Positions 18,845-28,126 of a stretch of DNA of 64,000 nucleotides are shown one piece after another. Position 1 is the stretch's first letter; each line of letters opens with the position of its first letter. A model generated the notes under the pieces. The model saw only the letters and a program-made list of their open reading frames with translations, searched no databases and was not told the DNA's origin. The DNA is from a virus (taxonomy: Duplodnaviria > Heunggongvirae > Uroviricota > Caudoviricetes): the IMG/VR virus record IMGVR_UViG_3300025015_000009, positions 1 through 64,000 of that record; one strand, given 5' to 3'. A program made the translations under genes and the position numbers.

Positions 18845-19132
18845 TTACTGCCCGATTCCTCTGGTATCGTTTATGCCCCTGTGGGCAATATACCAATCAT
18901 GCAACAATATGCTAGATACTATACCGATTGCACCACCTAGTACAAACGCGACCAACTCAACCGACCCTGCATCCGGAACCAGCTTGAACGAGAATATCTG
19001 CATTGTTCCGATTCCCAACGATAGCAAGAACGACATTCCTTTTTGTCCAAGCCGAACTATTTGCGATTGAAACCCCAATAACAAGACAATAAAGAAACTA
19101 CTCGAAAACAGAAGAATCGAGTCAAATATCAT
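18845..19132 (-). CDS. Small membrane protein
   Basis: 95 aa with 2-3 predicted TM helices, embedded inside the paralogue array. Confidence 0.4.
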   Translation of the reverse strand: MIFDSILLFSSSFFIVLLLGFQSQIVRLGQKGMSFLLSLGIGTMQIFSFKLVPDAGSVELVAFVLGGAIGIVSSILLHDWYIAHRGINDTRGIGQ

Positions 19133-19434
19133 GCTATATCATCAACAGTCAGATTCAGCTCAGTCATTAGTTTCTTGATACGAGTTACTGTTTGTCCTTT
19201 GGCCTTGCCGTTGCAAATAGGACAGAGCTCAACTGGCACTTCTGCATAACTATCCTCAGATAGGAATTCACCGACTTCTGGGAACTCACTGTACGAGAAG
19301 GTGTGCCCTTTGGTACAACAGGCTAGATCAAAGTCTGACAAAGACGAATCGTATCCACCGAATACTTCGCCTGACAGATCACATACAAACGAACTCGAAC
19401 TACTATTACTCACAAACCCGTGCCTTACTTTCAT
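19129..19434 (-). CDS. Paralogue array member 2
   Basis: Begins MKVRHGFVSNSSSSSFV. The C-terminus has Cys pairs (ACCTKGH, CPICNG). Confidence 0.5.
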   Translation of the reverse strand: MKVRHGFVSNSSSSSFVCDLSGEVFGGYDSSLSDFDLACCTKGHTFSYSEFPEVGEFLSEDSYAEVPVELCPICNGKAKGQTVTRIKKLMTELNLTVDDIA

Positions 19435-19452
19435 TTTAATGCTCCTTTAATT

Positions 19453-19761
19453 TTAACTACCTGGTAGTGGAAGATCTACGTTTGTTTCGTTTGCAATTTT
19501 TGTTAGAGTAACAATAGCATCTATTACTAATTTGTACGCTTCTTCGCTAGTAGACTCAAACGAACTGATATTAGGAAACTCAGTAACCCGACCTTCGTAT
19601 GTTGTTTCGCCATTGTTAACCACTTCGGTGATAGTAATTGTGTATGACTCGGGAGGAATACTCTTCTTTCCAAATACTCTTTCCCAACTATCACGGTATG
19701 CGTCTGTGGTTACTCCTTTGGACCTAATCTCATCTCCGGTTATGTTGTTTACACTTGCCAT
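19453..19761 (-). CDS. Hypothetical protein
   Basis: 102 aa, inside the array region. Confidence 0.3.
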   Translation of the reverse strand: MASVNNITGDEIRSKGVTTDAYRDSWERVFGKKSIPPESYTITITEVVNNGETTYEGRVTEFPNISSFESTSEEAYKLVIDAIVTLTKIANETNVDLPLPGS

Positions 19762-19805
19762 TCTTGTTCCTTGTTAACTTGTGCGCTACTTAGAAACTGG
19801 TTTAG

Positions 19806-20288
19806 TCATCCGTTGTCATTGCCACCTTGAATGTACGAGTCATCACAGAACAGGAACCGCTCAAGCGTGTATATATCGTCGAATATTTCGATGTTACTGT
19901 TCTCAGCTGAGCACGATTGGTGATCGATGTAGCCGTAATTTATATTACTATCTGCATCAGCAGCGTCGTAATCATCTGTTAGTCCCCAGCTGATTTCTCG
20001 ACACTTAAAATGTGCTTTGATTACAACATCCAACATTGCTTTCCATTTTGCTTGTATATCTGGTTTTTGAGTCATATACATGACTTGTAAATACGCAAAA
20101 TTAATGCGATCAAACATCGACGAGTATCGAATAGTGTCCCACCCGAACTCTGTTACACCTCGATTTCCAAGAGTCAACGTGTCGCTGTAATCTACATAAT
20201 TAGTCACGTCGGCATCGATGTTGTTGCTGCCAATGACAACAAACGAGCTCGAACTGCTGTTACTTACGAAGCCTTGTCTAATTTTCAT
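19806..20288 (-). CDS. Paralogue array member 3
   Basis: Begins MKIRQGFVSNSSSSSFVV. Divergent 140-aa C-terminus. Confidence 0.5.
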   Translation of the reverse strand: MKIRQGFVSNSSSSSFVVIGSNNIDADVTNYVDYSDTLTLGNRGVTEFGWDTIRYSSMFDRINFAYLQVMYMTQKPDIQAKWKAMLDVVIKAHFKCREISWGLTDDYDAADADSNINYGYIDHQSCSAENSNIEIFDDIYTLERFLFCDDSYIQGGNDNG

Positions 20289-20503
20289 CCGTTGTACCCG
20301 CCGCCGTGTGTAATTGTAACTATTGTTTCACCGTTCGATTTGGCTTCTGTTAATGCACTGATTAATGTGTCGATTGGAATACTATAGCCACCGCATATTT
20401 CCATGTCTGTATCACCGTCTTCGACAATAGTGGTCCTCCCAGCGCGAATAATAACAAACGAACTGCTACTTGAGTTGCTAACAAACCCGTGCCTTACTTT
20501 CAT
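20285..20503 (-). CDS. Paralogue array member 4
   Basis: Begins MKVRHGFVSNSSSSSFVI. 72 aa. Confidence 0.5.
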   Translation of the reverse strand: MKVRHGFVSNSSSSSFVIIRAGRTTIVEDGDTDMEICGGYSIPIDTLISALTEAKSNGETIVTITHGGGYNG

Positions 20504-20536
20504 CTTAACTCCTTATCTTTGTAGTTCTTACGTCAG

Positions 20537-21013
20537 TTAATGATTGCTGATTCGTTCGTGCATAACATTGTCAAATGTACCACCATGCTCGAGGGCACAA
20601 TCTGTATCGTCACTGAACTCAAATGCATACACCACCATGTTGCTGCTCGCATTCCTGATAAAGCGATCAATGAACTCATCACGATACTTATCTGTTGCTG
20701 CGGTATAGGCGTCCCAGTCACACTCGCCGTTGGGTAGAGTTTTAAAGTCGTCGTACTCAGGCGCGCCGCCTATCCACCCGTTGCACTTTTCTCTCAGATA
20801 ATCAAGGTTTGTTGGTTTTTGATCCTTCATCTGCCTGTATATTTTTTCGGCAGCAACCGTTACCGACACCGAATAATCATAATAATTAATGCTTGTTTGT
20901 CCACCAAATACATAGTTCTCGATGGTAGCAGGTGTGATTTCCATGTTAACTGGAAATGCAACGATGAAACTGCTGCTACTTGAGTTGCTTACGAACCCAT
21001 TGCGAATCTTCAT
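20537..21013 (-). CDS. Paralogue array member 5
   Basis: The likely start is MKIRNGFVSNSSSSSFIV, preceded by the SD TAGGAG. The track ORF extends to 21034 with MFSRRTE. Confidence 0.5.
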   Translation of the reverse strand: MKIRNGFVSNSSSSSFIVAFPVNMEITPATIENYVFGGQTSINYYDYSVSVTVAAEKIYRQMKDQKPTNLDYLREKCNGWIGGAPEYDDFKTLPNGECDWDAYTAATDKYRDEFIDRFIRNASSNMVVYAFEFSDDTDCALEHGGTFDNVMHERISNH

Positions 21014-21537
21014 TTCGGTTCTCCTACTAAACATTCTTTAAATTGGGACGACACCTGGCGACCATCAAATTGATCGCCATATTTTTCTTTTAGCACAGCA
21101 ACCACAGTACCCATCGACTTTTGCTCGAACGGAAGATTCTTCTCATTGATAACAGATCGGATATCTTCTCGAATCGTCGAGTTTGTTAATTTACTTGGTA
21201 AGTATTTTTCGAGTATTAACAGCTCAAACACTGTGTCTGTTGCTTTTGCTGAAATATGTCGGGCATCGTATATAACAAGGTTCTCTTTCAAGTTCTTCTC
21301 AAACTTACGAAGAACTCCGATGACCTCTGCATCAGTTGGTTCGCGGTTACCTGCGTTCTTTCCTACCATCTCAGACTCGCCGATAACAGTTGTTAACAGT
21401 GACGCAGTTGCGATGTTCCTTAGTTTACGGGCAAGCAGCTGATCTGCTTTGATTTTAGTCAATATACTCATGTTACCTCCTGTGGGGTCTTCAAATATAG
21501 TTATAGAACTGTAGCTCTTAGGATATACTACTTGCAT
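21010..21537 (-). CDS. GatB/YqeY-domain protein
   Basis: Aligns along its whole length with the YqeY family (...KADQLLARKLRN..., ...EKYLP..L....I...I...., ...MG.V.A.LKEKY....DG..V...). Confidence 0.65.
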   Translation of the reverse strand: MQVVYPKSYSSITIFEDPTGGNMSILTKIKADQLLARKLRNIATASLLTTVIGESEMVGKNAGNREPTDAEVIGVLRKFEKNLKENLVIYDARHISAKATDTVFELLILEKYLPSKLTNSTIREDIRSVINEKNLPFEQKSMGTVVAVLKEKYGDQFDGRQVSSQFKECLVGEPK

Positions 21538-21540
21538 TCT

Positions 21541-22698
21541 TTAGTCAACCACAATCGGAATGTATTTGCCCATTGCTGCAACATGCGGCTTATGCACAAT
21601 AGCAGCATCGTATAAATCCGGAAACGTAACACATTTCCTACAGTCACCGCAGATGGAATGATCTGTGGTTTCGATATTCTTGTTACGAAATGCAACCGTT
21701 TTCGGATGATTCCACACTTCCTTATCAAAGTTACTAATTTTGGTTAAGTCGATTCCTGTTTCCCATCCTCGTTCACCTTCAGTAAAAGAACACGGGAAAA
21801 ACTCGCCGACGACGTTCGCATACATAGAAAACATAGTTGATTCGCAGCTCTCAGACAGTTGGACAAGTTGTTCGTATTTTGGATGGCCTTTCATTGCAGC
21901 CAAAAACGTCGGAGCTGAGCAAGAATCGAACCCGATTCCGATATCTCGATCGAACGCATATTGTACTAGTCTGCGGTATTCCTCGACACTCTTCAATGTC
22001 GTCATCTTGTTCCGTTTTCCTTTTGGCTTCAGAGTCAGAAACACAACAGCTTTCATCTTTTCCAGCCGAGGGTCAGAAACCGCATCATCGATAAGTTGAT
22101 AACAATCTTTGAGACTTTCGTTGCTCAAGACCATATGTATGTTCACTTGACTCATTCCGGCGTCGGTTAGTTTTTTCACAGCATTGTAACAAATATCTTT
22201 GTTTTCATATCGACTAACAGCAATTCCGCCCAACTTAGAACTCAACACATCAACCCACTTGCTGTCTAGCTCCCAGCCATTGATAGTCAGGTTCGGGACA
22301 ACACCTGGGTTCCATTCGTTGTCTCGGCAATAGTCGATCATCTTAATAAGGTCGGGGTTTCCGTTGAGATTTCCGATCCCAAATGCAATCTGTGTTAATG
22401 TTTGCGGAATCTTGTCGAATATGACCTTAAATGTTTCAAATGACATGTTCCGTCCGACTCGGGTATTTGTCTTGTAACAAAATGAGCACGGCACTGCGAC
22501 GGTACTTCCGACTGCTGGTACGCCATCACATACTTCACTTACTTCAATATCAAAGATCTCAACTGGGCCCGACACCGGGTCATCTTCGGCTGTTTTGCCC
22601 CATCGCGCAAACTTGCCAGTCTTTGTGTCAAAGTAATAGTTATAGTTCGCGCTTAATGCTCGCTTAATACCAGATTCTTTGTTGTAGAGAATATGCAT
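21541..22698 (-). CDS. Cys-rich Fe-S / possible non-canonical radical-SAM-like enzyme
   Basis: CDGVPAVGSTVAVPCSFC has C-x13-C-xx-C spacing. A glycine-rich GIGNLNGNP segment is present. The C-terminal half has multiple cysteines (CSAP, CES, FPCSF, CGDCRKC). Confidence 0.3.
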   Translation of the reverse strand: MHILYNKESGIKRALSANYNYYFDTKTGKFARWGKTAEDDPVSGPVEIFDIEVSEVCDGVPAVGSTVAVPCSFCYKTNTRVGRNMSFETFKVIFDKIPQTLTQIAFGIGNLNGNPDLIKMIDYCRDNEWNPGVVPNLTINGWELDSKWVDVLSSKLGGIAVSRYENKDICYNAVKKLTDAGMSQVNIHMVLSNESLKDCYQLIDDAVSDPRLEKMKAVVFLTLKPKGKRNKMTTLKSVEEYRRLVQYAFDRDIGIGFDSCSAPTFLAAMKGHPKYEQLVQLSESCESTMFSMYANVVGEFFPCSFTEGERGWETGIDLTKISNFDKEVWNHPKTVAFRNKNIETTDHSICGDCRKCVTFPDLYDAAIVHKPHVAAMGKYIPIVVD

Positions 22699-22914
22699 TT
22701 TAATTCCTTGTGATTATCGTAGGTTATTTGCAAGTGCTTTTAGTGCTACTGTTAGCGAGTCTTTCTTATGCAATAGTGCGAGTAACTCGTCTGCTTTGAT
22801 CTTCATTTGTTTATCAAGCAGGTCAATGTTTGCCGCAATTTCGTATATTGCCGCAGCTTGATCAGACAACGTCACTTTAGTCATTGGTTGCTATTCCTTA
22901 ACGTCTAAGCGCAT

Positions 22915-22949
22915 ATTATACACTCTTTAACCAAAAAGTCAACCGAAAT
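22915..22949 (-). promoter_or_regulatory. Conserved promoter cassette (copy)
   Basis: An identical cassette. It drives a small 56-aa ORF that is not in the track, at about 22718..22888 on the minus strand. Confidence 0.5.
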
Positions 22950-23320
22950 AAGTCACATGTAAGTCGTTGTTTACTTACACATAATATCAGGGAATATCGG
23001 TGTTTTTTGCTGGATAACAGCAGCCGTTCGCCGTTAATATACCACTCTTTGCGTCCATCTGCGTGTACTACAGCAGGACCATCTTCTCTGTGCAATTTGC
23101 CATTGACATACCAACATTTGGTTCCATCTGCGTGTACCACAGCGGGGCCATCTTCTCTGTGCAATTCGCCGTTGATGTACCATTGCTTCCCGCCACCTTC
23201 GTATATCACCGCGGGGCCATCTTCTCTATGCCGTAGGCCGTTAACAAACCACCTGGTGGTTCCGTCGTCATCAACAATTATTGTTGATTTAAGCAACGCA
23301 AGTAACTGATTCGCGGTCAT
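22916..23320 (-). CDS. MORN-variant repeat protein (copy 3, 3'-truncated and read-through)
   Basis: Four good repeats, then NGERLLLSSKKH... non-repeat read-through into the promoter cassette. The canonical C-terminus is missing. Confidence 0.5.
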   Translation of the reverse strand: MTANQLLALLKSTIIVDDDGTTRWFVNGLRHREDGPAVIYEGGGKQWYINGELHREDGPAVVHADGTKCWYVNGKLHREDGPAVVHADGRKEWYINGERLLLSSKKHRYSLILCVSKQRLTCDLFRLTFWLKSV

Positions 23321-23348
23321 TGTTTCTCTTTAACCAAAAAGGTAATTG

Positions 23349-23576
23349 TTACTTATCTGGTTCGTCAGATGGATGCACTACTCCTGCAGGACGATCAGTG
23401 TAGTAATCAGTGTCTTCTACCGCAACTACTATAATTTCTTTCACTGTTTGCGGGTAAATCGGATGGGTGTTGTCTCGTTTTATAATTGTGCATTCCGTGC
23501 TCTCACCTGCAGCACGTCTATCTAGTTTTGATAACAGTGAGAGTAAGTTCCGTCTACTTAAATATACTTTGCTCAT
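23349..23576 (-). CDS. Hypothetical protein
   Basis: 75 aa. Confidence 0.3.
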   Translation of the reverse strand: MSKVYLSRRNLLSLLSKLDRRAAGESTECTIIKRDNTHPIYPQTVKEIIVVAVEDTDYYTDRPAGVVHPSDEPDK

Positions 23577-23992
23577 TATTTTCCTCCGTCTGTTAATATA
23601 AAATCTCTAGAATGTCCAAATGTCAGTGGGGTAACAGAACACAGTTTTATCATATAACCGTTACGTCTAGTGTCATAGTAACTTCTGAAGACAAGATTTC
23701 CAAATTCAGTTCGAACCACGATCGCCGAGTGTTTACAGTAAACTGCATATACCAACAAACAGATATTATCTCGGATTACCTTTCTGGCGGCCTTAAACAG
23801 AGAAACCATATCTATCTTCCGACCGAGAATTCTATCAGTTACATGCTGGTCTCGAGTAGTTAACGCAAAGCACACGCCTACGTTACGTAAAGTGATCGAG
23901 TTCAAACTACCGATGTATGTCTCGATTGCTGTTTGGTATATGCTGGAAATCGAAGTAGTTATGTTACTCTCCTTAGAGTTGCTAGTATACAC
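23576..23992 (-). CDS. Hypothetical protein
   Basis: 138 aa. Upstream lies TTGATT-17-TATACT at 23984..24015. Confidence 0.3.
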   Translation of the reverse strand: MYTSNSKESNITTSISSIYQTAIETYIGSLNSITLRNVGVCFALTTRDQHVTDRILGRKIDMVSLFKAARKVIRDNICLLVYAVYCKHSAIVVRTEFGNLVFRSYYDTRRNGYMIKLCSVTPLTFGHSRDFILTDGGK

Positions 23993-24016
23993 TCATTATG
24001 AGTTAAAATCAACCGA

Positions 24017-24958
24017 TTACGTTAGCACACTGTTAATTGCAGAAAAGTAACTCGATATAACCGTCTGGTACTTGCGAGAAGAAGTTATCGGGGTATGAAG
24101 CCTGGTTAAGAACTCGGCAAATCCGTCTTCCATTGCCCGCGACGAAGGCGGAACAACCTCGTAGAATCGATGCTCATTATAATCAGAGTACCCGTATCCA
24201 ACGTCCACTAGTTCAGGAACGCCACCCGAGTTAGCATAGAACACTGGCAATCCACATGCTGCTCCTTGAGCAACAGTCTTTGGCGCCGCATCTCGAAACG
24301 CGGTACAAACCATTGCGTCACAGCGTTGCAATACAGACGCGAGTTCGTGCTCGTCTTCGAGGTACCCAATAGGAGTTATACTGTCTGGTATAACAGTCGG
24401 ACAACCCTCACCGATTACAACAAACTCCTTATCGGGGTGTGCTATTGCTAACCGTAAAATGTCATTGAACCGTTTTTCCTCTCTTGCCCAAGAAGTAGCA
24501 ACAGCTACAAACTTAGTCAGAGGGTGCGCACCACTTTCTTTCTTCGGTGTGAATATTGAGTCGTCTACCCAATTTAAAATAGTTCTTACATCTTTGGTTA
24601 ACGGTTCTTGTTTTCCATACATATTAAAATATGCATCTTTACTAAACTGCGATATGAATATAACAAGGTCGGCCTGTTGGGCGGCGCGGTTTAGTGTGCT
24701 GTTCCTTTCTCTGAGTGCGGATTGAAAGAACACCCCGTCCATTCGTTTGACTCTGGGAATATCTCGAGTCAGGACCTCTTTAGTAAAAACATCATTTGTT
24801 AATGCAACGTCGGCATCTTGAATTTTATCAACAAAGACAGAATCATACAAGTGTGCATATTTCTTTAAATCGCGCACGATTGTATTTTCGACTGGCCCTT
24901 TATAACCTCTATTTGCTGGTCGCAATACTGAGTTAGAACAGTCGAAGATTCTAATCAT
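24017..24958 (-). CDS. Glycosyltransferase (GT-B, family 4-like)
   Basis: The C-terminal GEG...TPIGYLEDEHELASVLQRCDAMVCTAFRDAAPKTVAQGAACGLPVFYANSGGVPELV matches the GT1/GT4 donor-binding consensus. Confidence 0.6.
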   Translation of the reverse strand: MIRIFDCSNSVLRPANRGYKGPVENTIVRDLKKYAHLYDSVFVDKIQDADVALTNDVFTKEVLTRDIPRVKRMDGVFFQSALRERNSTLNRAAQQADLVIFISQFSKDAYFNMYGKQEPLTKDVRTILNWVDDSIFTPKKESGAHPLTKFVAVATSWAREEKRFNDILRLAIAHPDKEFVVIGEGCPTVIPDSITPIGYLEDEHELASVLQRCDAMVCTAFRDAAPKTVAQGAACGLPVFYANSGGVPELVDVGYGYSDYNEHRFYEVVPPSSRAMEDGFAEFLTRLHTPITSSRKYQTVISSYFSAINSVLT

Positions 24959-25286
24959 TTTATTTAAATAACCCAGGTGCGAACGGCAATTACGATACGT
25001 GAATCTGCTTTCCCGTCTTTATACCCGATCGAGTACCCAGCTGATATGCAGCATATCGCAACAAAAGCCATCACAAGAAAAATAATAGTTCCTTCTTTCA
25101 TCTGGTTACCTGCTTTCTGTGATTATTCTGTATCGTAGATACGATTGCCCCAATTTGGTTTCCCGCCATACAGGACATGTTTCCCGGTTTCGGTCAGAAG
25201 CAGCGTTTTTCGCACCCATTGTTTTCGAAGACTCTTAGAATTCGGGTAATGGTCTTTTGCTGCTTTCAACAGTGACTTAATTCTTT

Positions 25287-26291
25287 TTATACCGCTTCCT
25301 TTAAAAGATGCATAATATTTCGATTCTCATAATGAGTTAGGTTGTAGTCGTGGCATACGTCTAAACAATTTTTCTTGCAAATCGGATCTGTGTACGAGTC
25401 ATGTGTTAAGTACCAATTAACTCGTTCCTTTCGCATATTACCACTCACTGTACCGATCGGTTTACCGTCTTCACGCATGTAGATGATACACGGGTAATGT
25501 TTATTGCCCATGACTGCCATATCATCTAATACTAGACCACAGGTACTTGTTTTGCCGCAAGACAACCCTCGAACCGGAAGACCGGCCGCCAGGTTCTTAA
25601 TCCGATACGCCAGAATTGGGTACTTACTTAATATATCTTCGTCTATTTCCAAAGACGGCAACTTCTGCCCGTCTTGTGCCGCTGGTATAACACGAATGTC
25701 TGATACCCCAAGACCATCTGCAAACCGAATAATGTCTTCAGCAGCACTTTTGTTATCTGGCGTCAGCACGATGCCAACGGTAACATACGTTAGTTTAGAC
25801 AGCTCTTTAATCGCATTAACGACTCGTTTAAATGCACCTTTGCGACCACCTGCCATCTTGTCACCGTCTTCAGCACAGCAAGCATCGAGTGAAATTGAGA
25901 AGTCGTTTACACCTCTTTCAAACAGATCACGATACAACTTCATGCTGGACGCACCATTGGTCGAAATAGCAATCCGCTCAACACCGCGGGCCTTTGCTAA
26001 CGAGACCAACTCGCCGAGACCTTTATACAACGTTGGCTCACCGCCTGAAAAGCGAATGTTCTTTAGTTTCTGGTCGCCCCACAGGTTCACAGTGAGCTTT
26101 GCCTGTTCTATGTCCATGTCATGTCCGCCAACCGAGCGGCAATACGGGCATTGGAAGTTACATCGGCCTGTAAGAATAAGCTCAGCCCGCCACAGTGGTG
26201 ACAGTGTGTTTGACTGCATTGCACGAGCGGTAGACAGGGTGTAGAATCCAATGTCTTTCAAATCATTTAACATGTTATTCCTTGTGTTCAC
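25287..26291 (-). CDS. Radical SAM enzyme with SPASM/twitch-like C-terminal Cys cluster
   Basis: CNFQCPYC is the CxxxCxxC motif. GGEPTL is present. C-terminal cysteines: CGKTSTCG...C...CKKNCLDVC. Confidence 0.7.
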   Translation of the reverse strand: MNTRNNMLNDLKDIGFYTLSTARAMQSNTLSPLWRAELILTGRCNFQCPYCRSVGGHDMDIEQAKLTVNLWGDQKLKNIRFSGGEPTLYKGLGELVSLAKARGVERIAISTNGASSMKLYRDLFERGVNDFSISLDACCAEDGDKMAGGRKGAFKRVVNAIKELSKLTYVTVGIVLTPDNKSAAEDIIRFADGLGVSDIRVIPAAQDGQKLPSLEIDEDILSKYPILAYRIKNLAAGLPVRGLSCGKTSTCGLVLDDMAVMGNKHYPCIIYMREDGKPIGTVSGNMRKERVNWYLTHDSYTDPICKKNCLDVCHDYNLTHYENRNIMHLLKEAV

Positions 26292-26300
26292 TTAATTAGT

Positions 26301-27317
26301 TTAAAACGAAACTTGCTTCATAACAAAGTCTCGGCAAATCTTACTGATAGGACCGTTCAGGTCTTTTCCGGTGAACCCAGACGCAGCAATAGTATCGAGT
26401 TCTTCTTTGAAAATGTCTTTCATAACATTCTTGATGAACTCGCCGAGTTTCGGAAGTTCAACTTCGCCGCCGTTCAGTAAATCAAAAGTAGTCTGCGCCA
26501 TCTGCTCCAACCGTCCGTTGTGAGCAAGTGTTTCAGCGAGCTGCTTGATGTCGTTGATTCGTTCAACATCAACCGTAGCAAGTGTCTTAACTTTCGACGC
26601 ACTGTGCTTTTCACCTTTAACTTTAAACCAAAATCCGGAATCAGAGTATGCTGGATTTACGCAACGCCACACAACCCCTTCGCCTACTCCATTTTCACCA
26701 AATGCGGTACCGACTGGACATGCAGCTTCGACGAGTTCTGTGATCTCATTGAGTTTATTCTGAACCTCATGCGGTGCGTCGAAATTAATCTCCATCTCGA
26801 ACCAGGGGAAGTAGTAGATGCAGTAGATGCCCGACGTTGTAGGGACTGTTCCGGTTGGCAACGACACGAGTTCCTCGCACACCGACACGACTTGGCTTCT
26901 TGTCAGATACGTTTTTTCTCCTGCACTGTCTACTGTAGCAATACCAAAAATAACAAACATCTTTGGCAATGCAGAAAGTGCAACACCTTTCTGAATACCG
27001 CTGCCACACCATTCACCAAAAATAACAATATCGTCATCAATCATGCCAGATGGGTCGAACAAGCAAGCGACGTTCTCAGCAATAGCCAGCAACGTTGTTT
27101 TGTTTGCTTCACAGAACATGGCTGATCCGGCATTGTCTTTCTCGGGCGTGATAATATTCTCACGTGATTGGCACCAGTACTCACCATTGGGGTGTACTCC
27201 GAATCCCAAGTTCGTATTATGGACACAAACGCCATTGGCAAAGAAGTTATGGTTTTTCCTAACTGACAAATCATAGCAAACCTCAATTGGAATTTCTTTT
27301 TTTCTCACTAATTTCAT
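26301..27317 (-). CDS. RNA ligase 2 (Rnl2-like) C-terminal fragment, preceded by an intein C-terminal segment
   Basis: The N-terminal 34 aa MKLVRKKEIPIEVCYDLSVRKNHNFFANGVCVHN carry intein blocks F and G. The extein TNLGFGVHP...FGEWCGSGIQKGV...EGVVWRC matches Rnl2 motifs I (second half), III and IV. Confidence 0.7.
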   Translation of the reverse strand: MKLVRKKEIPIEVCYDLSVRKNHNFFANGVCVHNTNLGFGVHPNGEYWCQSRENIITPEKDNAGSAMFCEANKTTLLAIAENVACLFDPSGMIDDDIVIFGEWCGSGIQKGVALSALPKMFVIFGIATVDSAGEKTYLTRSQVVSVCEELVSLPTGTVPTTSGIYCIYYFPWFEMEINFDAPHEVQNKLNEITELVEAACPVGTAFGENGVGEGVVWRCVNPAYSDSGFWFKVKGEKHSASKVKTLATVDVERINDIKQLAETLAHNGRLEQMAQTTFDLLNGGEVELPKLGEFIKNVMKDIFKEELDTIAASGFTGKDLNGPISKICRDFVMKQVSF

Positions 27318-28125
27318 CGCATAAATCCTTTATTTTATTAATTTGTTTTCGCGCGTTTTCAATCCACGCACTTTCCCAGATAACGATCGTTGTATATCCG
27401 ATCGATTTCAACATTTTATGTCTAGCAATATCTTTTTGCCACTTCTCACCAGCTGTCATCCGAATAGCAGAGTTATAATCTGACGCTTTGTATTTCCTTG
27501 GATTACAATGCCACATATCACCATTGTATTCAATTACAATTTTCAAGGTTTCATTACACTCGTCTACTTGCATCTGCCCAATTTGGACATGACTTTCAAA
27601 TCCGAGTTCTTCTATGAAACTATGTAAATCTGTGTGACCTTTAGACATATACCCGACACGAGTCTGGGCAAAAACTTTAGCAAAATGTTGAGCTGCATAT
27701 ATTGGATCTTTTAACTTTTCTTGTAATCCTTTACTTGCTCTGTTTACCTGGAGTACTTTCTCTTCATCTGTTTTCTTATTCCATCGTTCTGTTGAAAAAT
27801 TTCCGGAATTTAATTTTATGTTGCCATCAGCATAATGTGTACCGTTAAATCCGGCAATACTACACATCAACGGCCTTGCACATTTGCCACAGTATTCTTT
27901 GTTAATAATGTCAACTCGTTTAAAAAATACGTCAACACGCTCAGTAAAAATACTTAAACACTTATCACACATTACCTCGACTCTGGGTTTGGCAGTTTTT
28001 CGGCCATTCTTCCGATGCCAATTCTCTTTAAAATTTATAACATGTGGTCCCTTTAATATCATCGGCTGCCTTCTGATTGTAATAATTATAATTATATTTA
28101 TACAATAAAGCGTCGCACGGGACAA
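27283..28125 (-). CDS. Free-standing endonuclease (Zn-finger plus Vsr/DUF559-like PD-(D/E)XK domain)
   Basis: CDKC...CGKC zinc ribbon. The C-terminal IVIEYNGDMWH...D...R...GYTTIVIWESAW resembles the very-short-patch-repair-like endonuclease fold. It lies in a third reading frame between the two Rnl2 fragments. Confidence 0.45.
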   Translation of the reverse strand: MSRATLYCINIIIIITIRRQPMILKGPHVINFKENWHRKNGRKTAKPRVEVMCDKCLSIFTERVDVFFKRVDIINKEYCGKCARPLMCSIAGFNGTHYADGNIKLNSGNFSTERWNKKTDEEKVLQVNRASKGLQEKLKDPIYAAQHFAKVFAQTRVGYMSKGHTDLHSFIEELGFESHVQIGQMQVDECNETLKIVIEYNGDMWHCNPRKYKASDYNSAIRMTAGEKWQKDIARHKMLKSIGYTTIVIWESAWIENARKQINKIKDLCDEISEKKRNSN

Positions 28126-28126
28126 G

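Noticed and set aside
21010-21034. N-terminal extension MFSRRTE of paralogue member 5
   Set aside because: The SD TAGGAG is positioned for the internal MKIRNGF start, which matches the other four family members. The extension overlaps the upstream gene.
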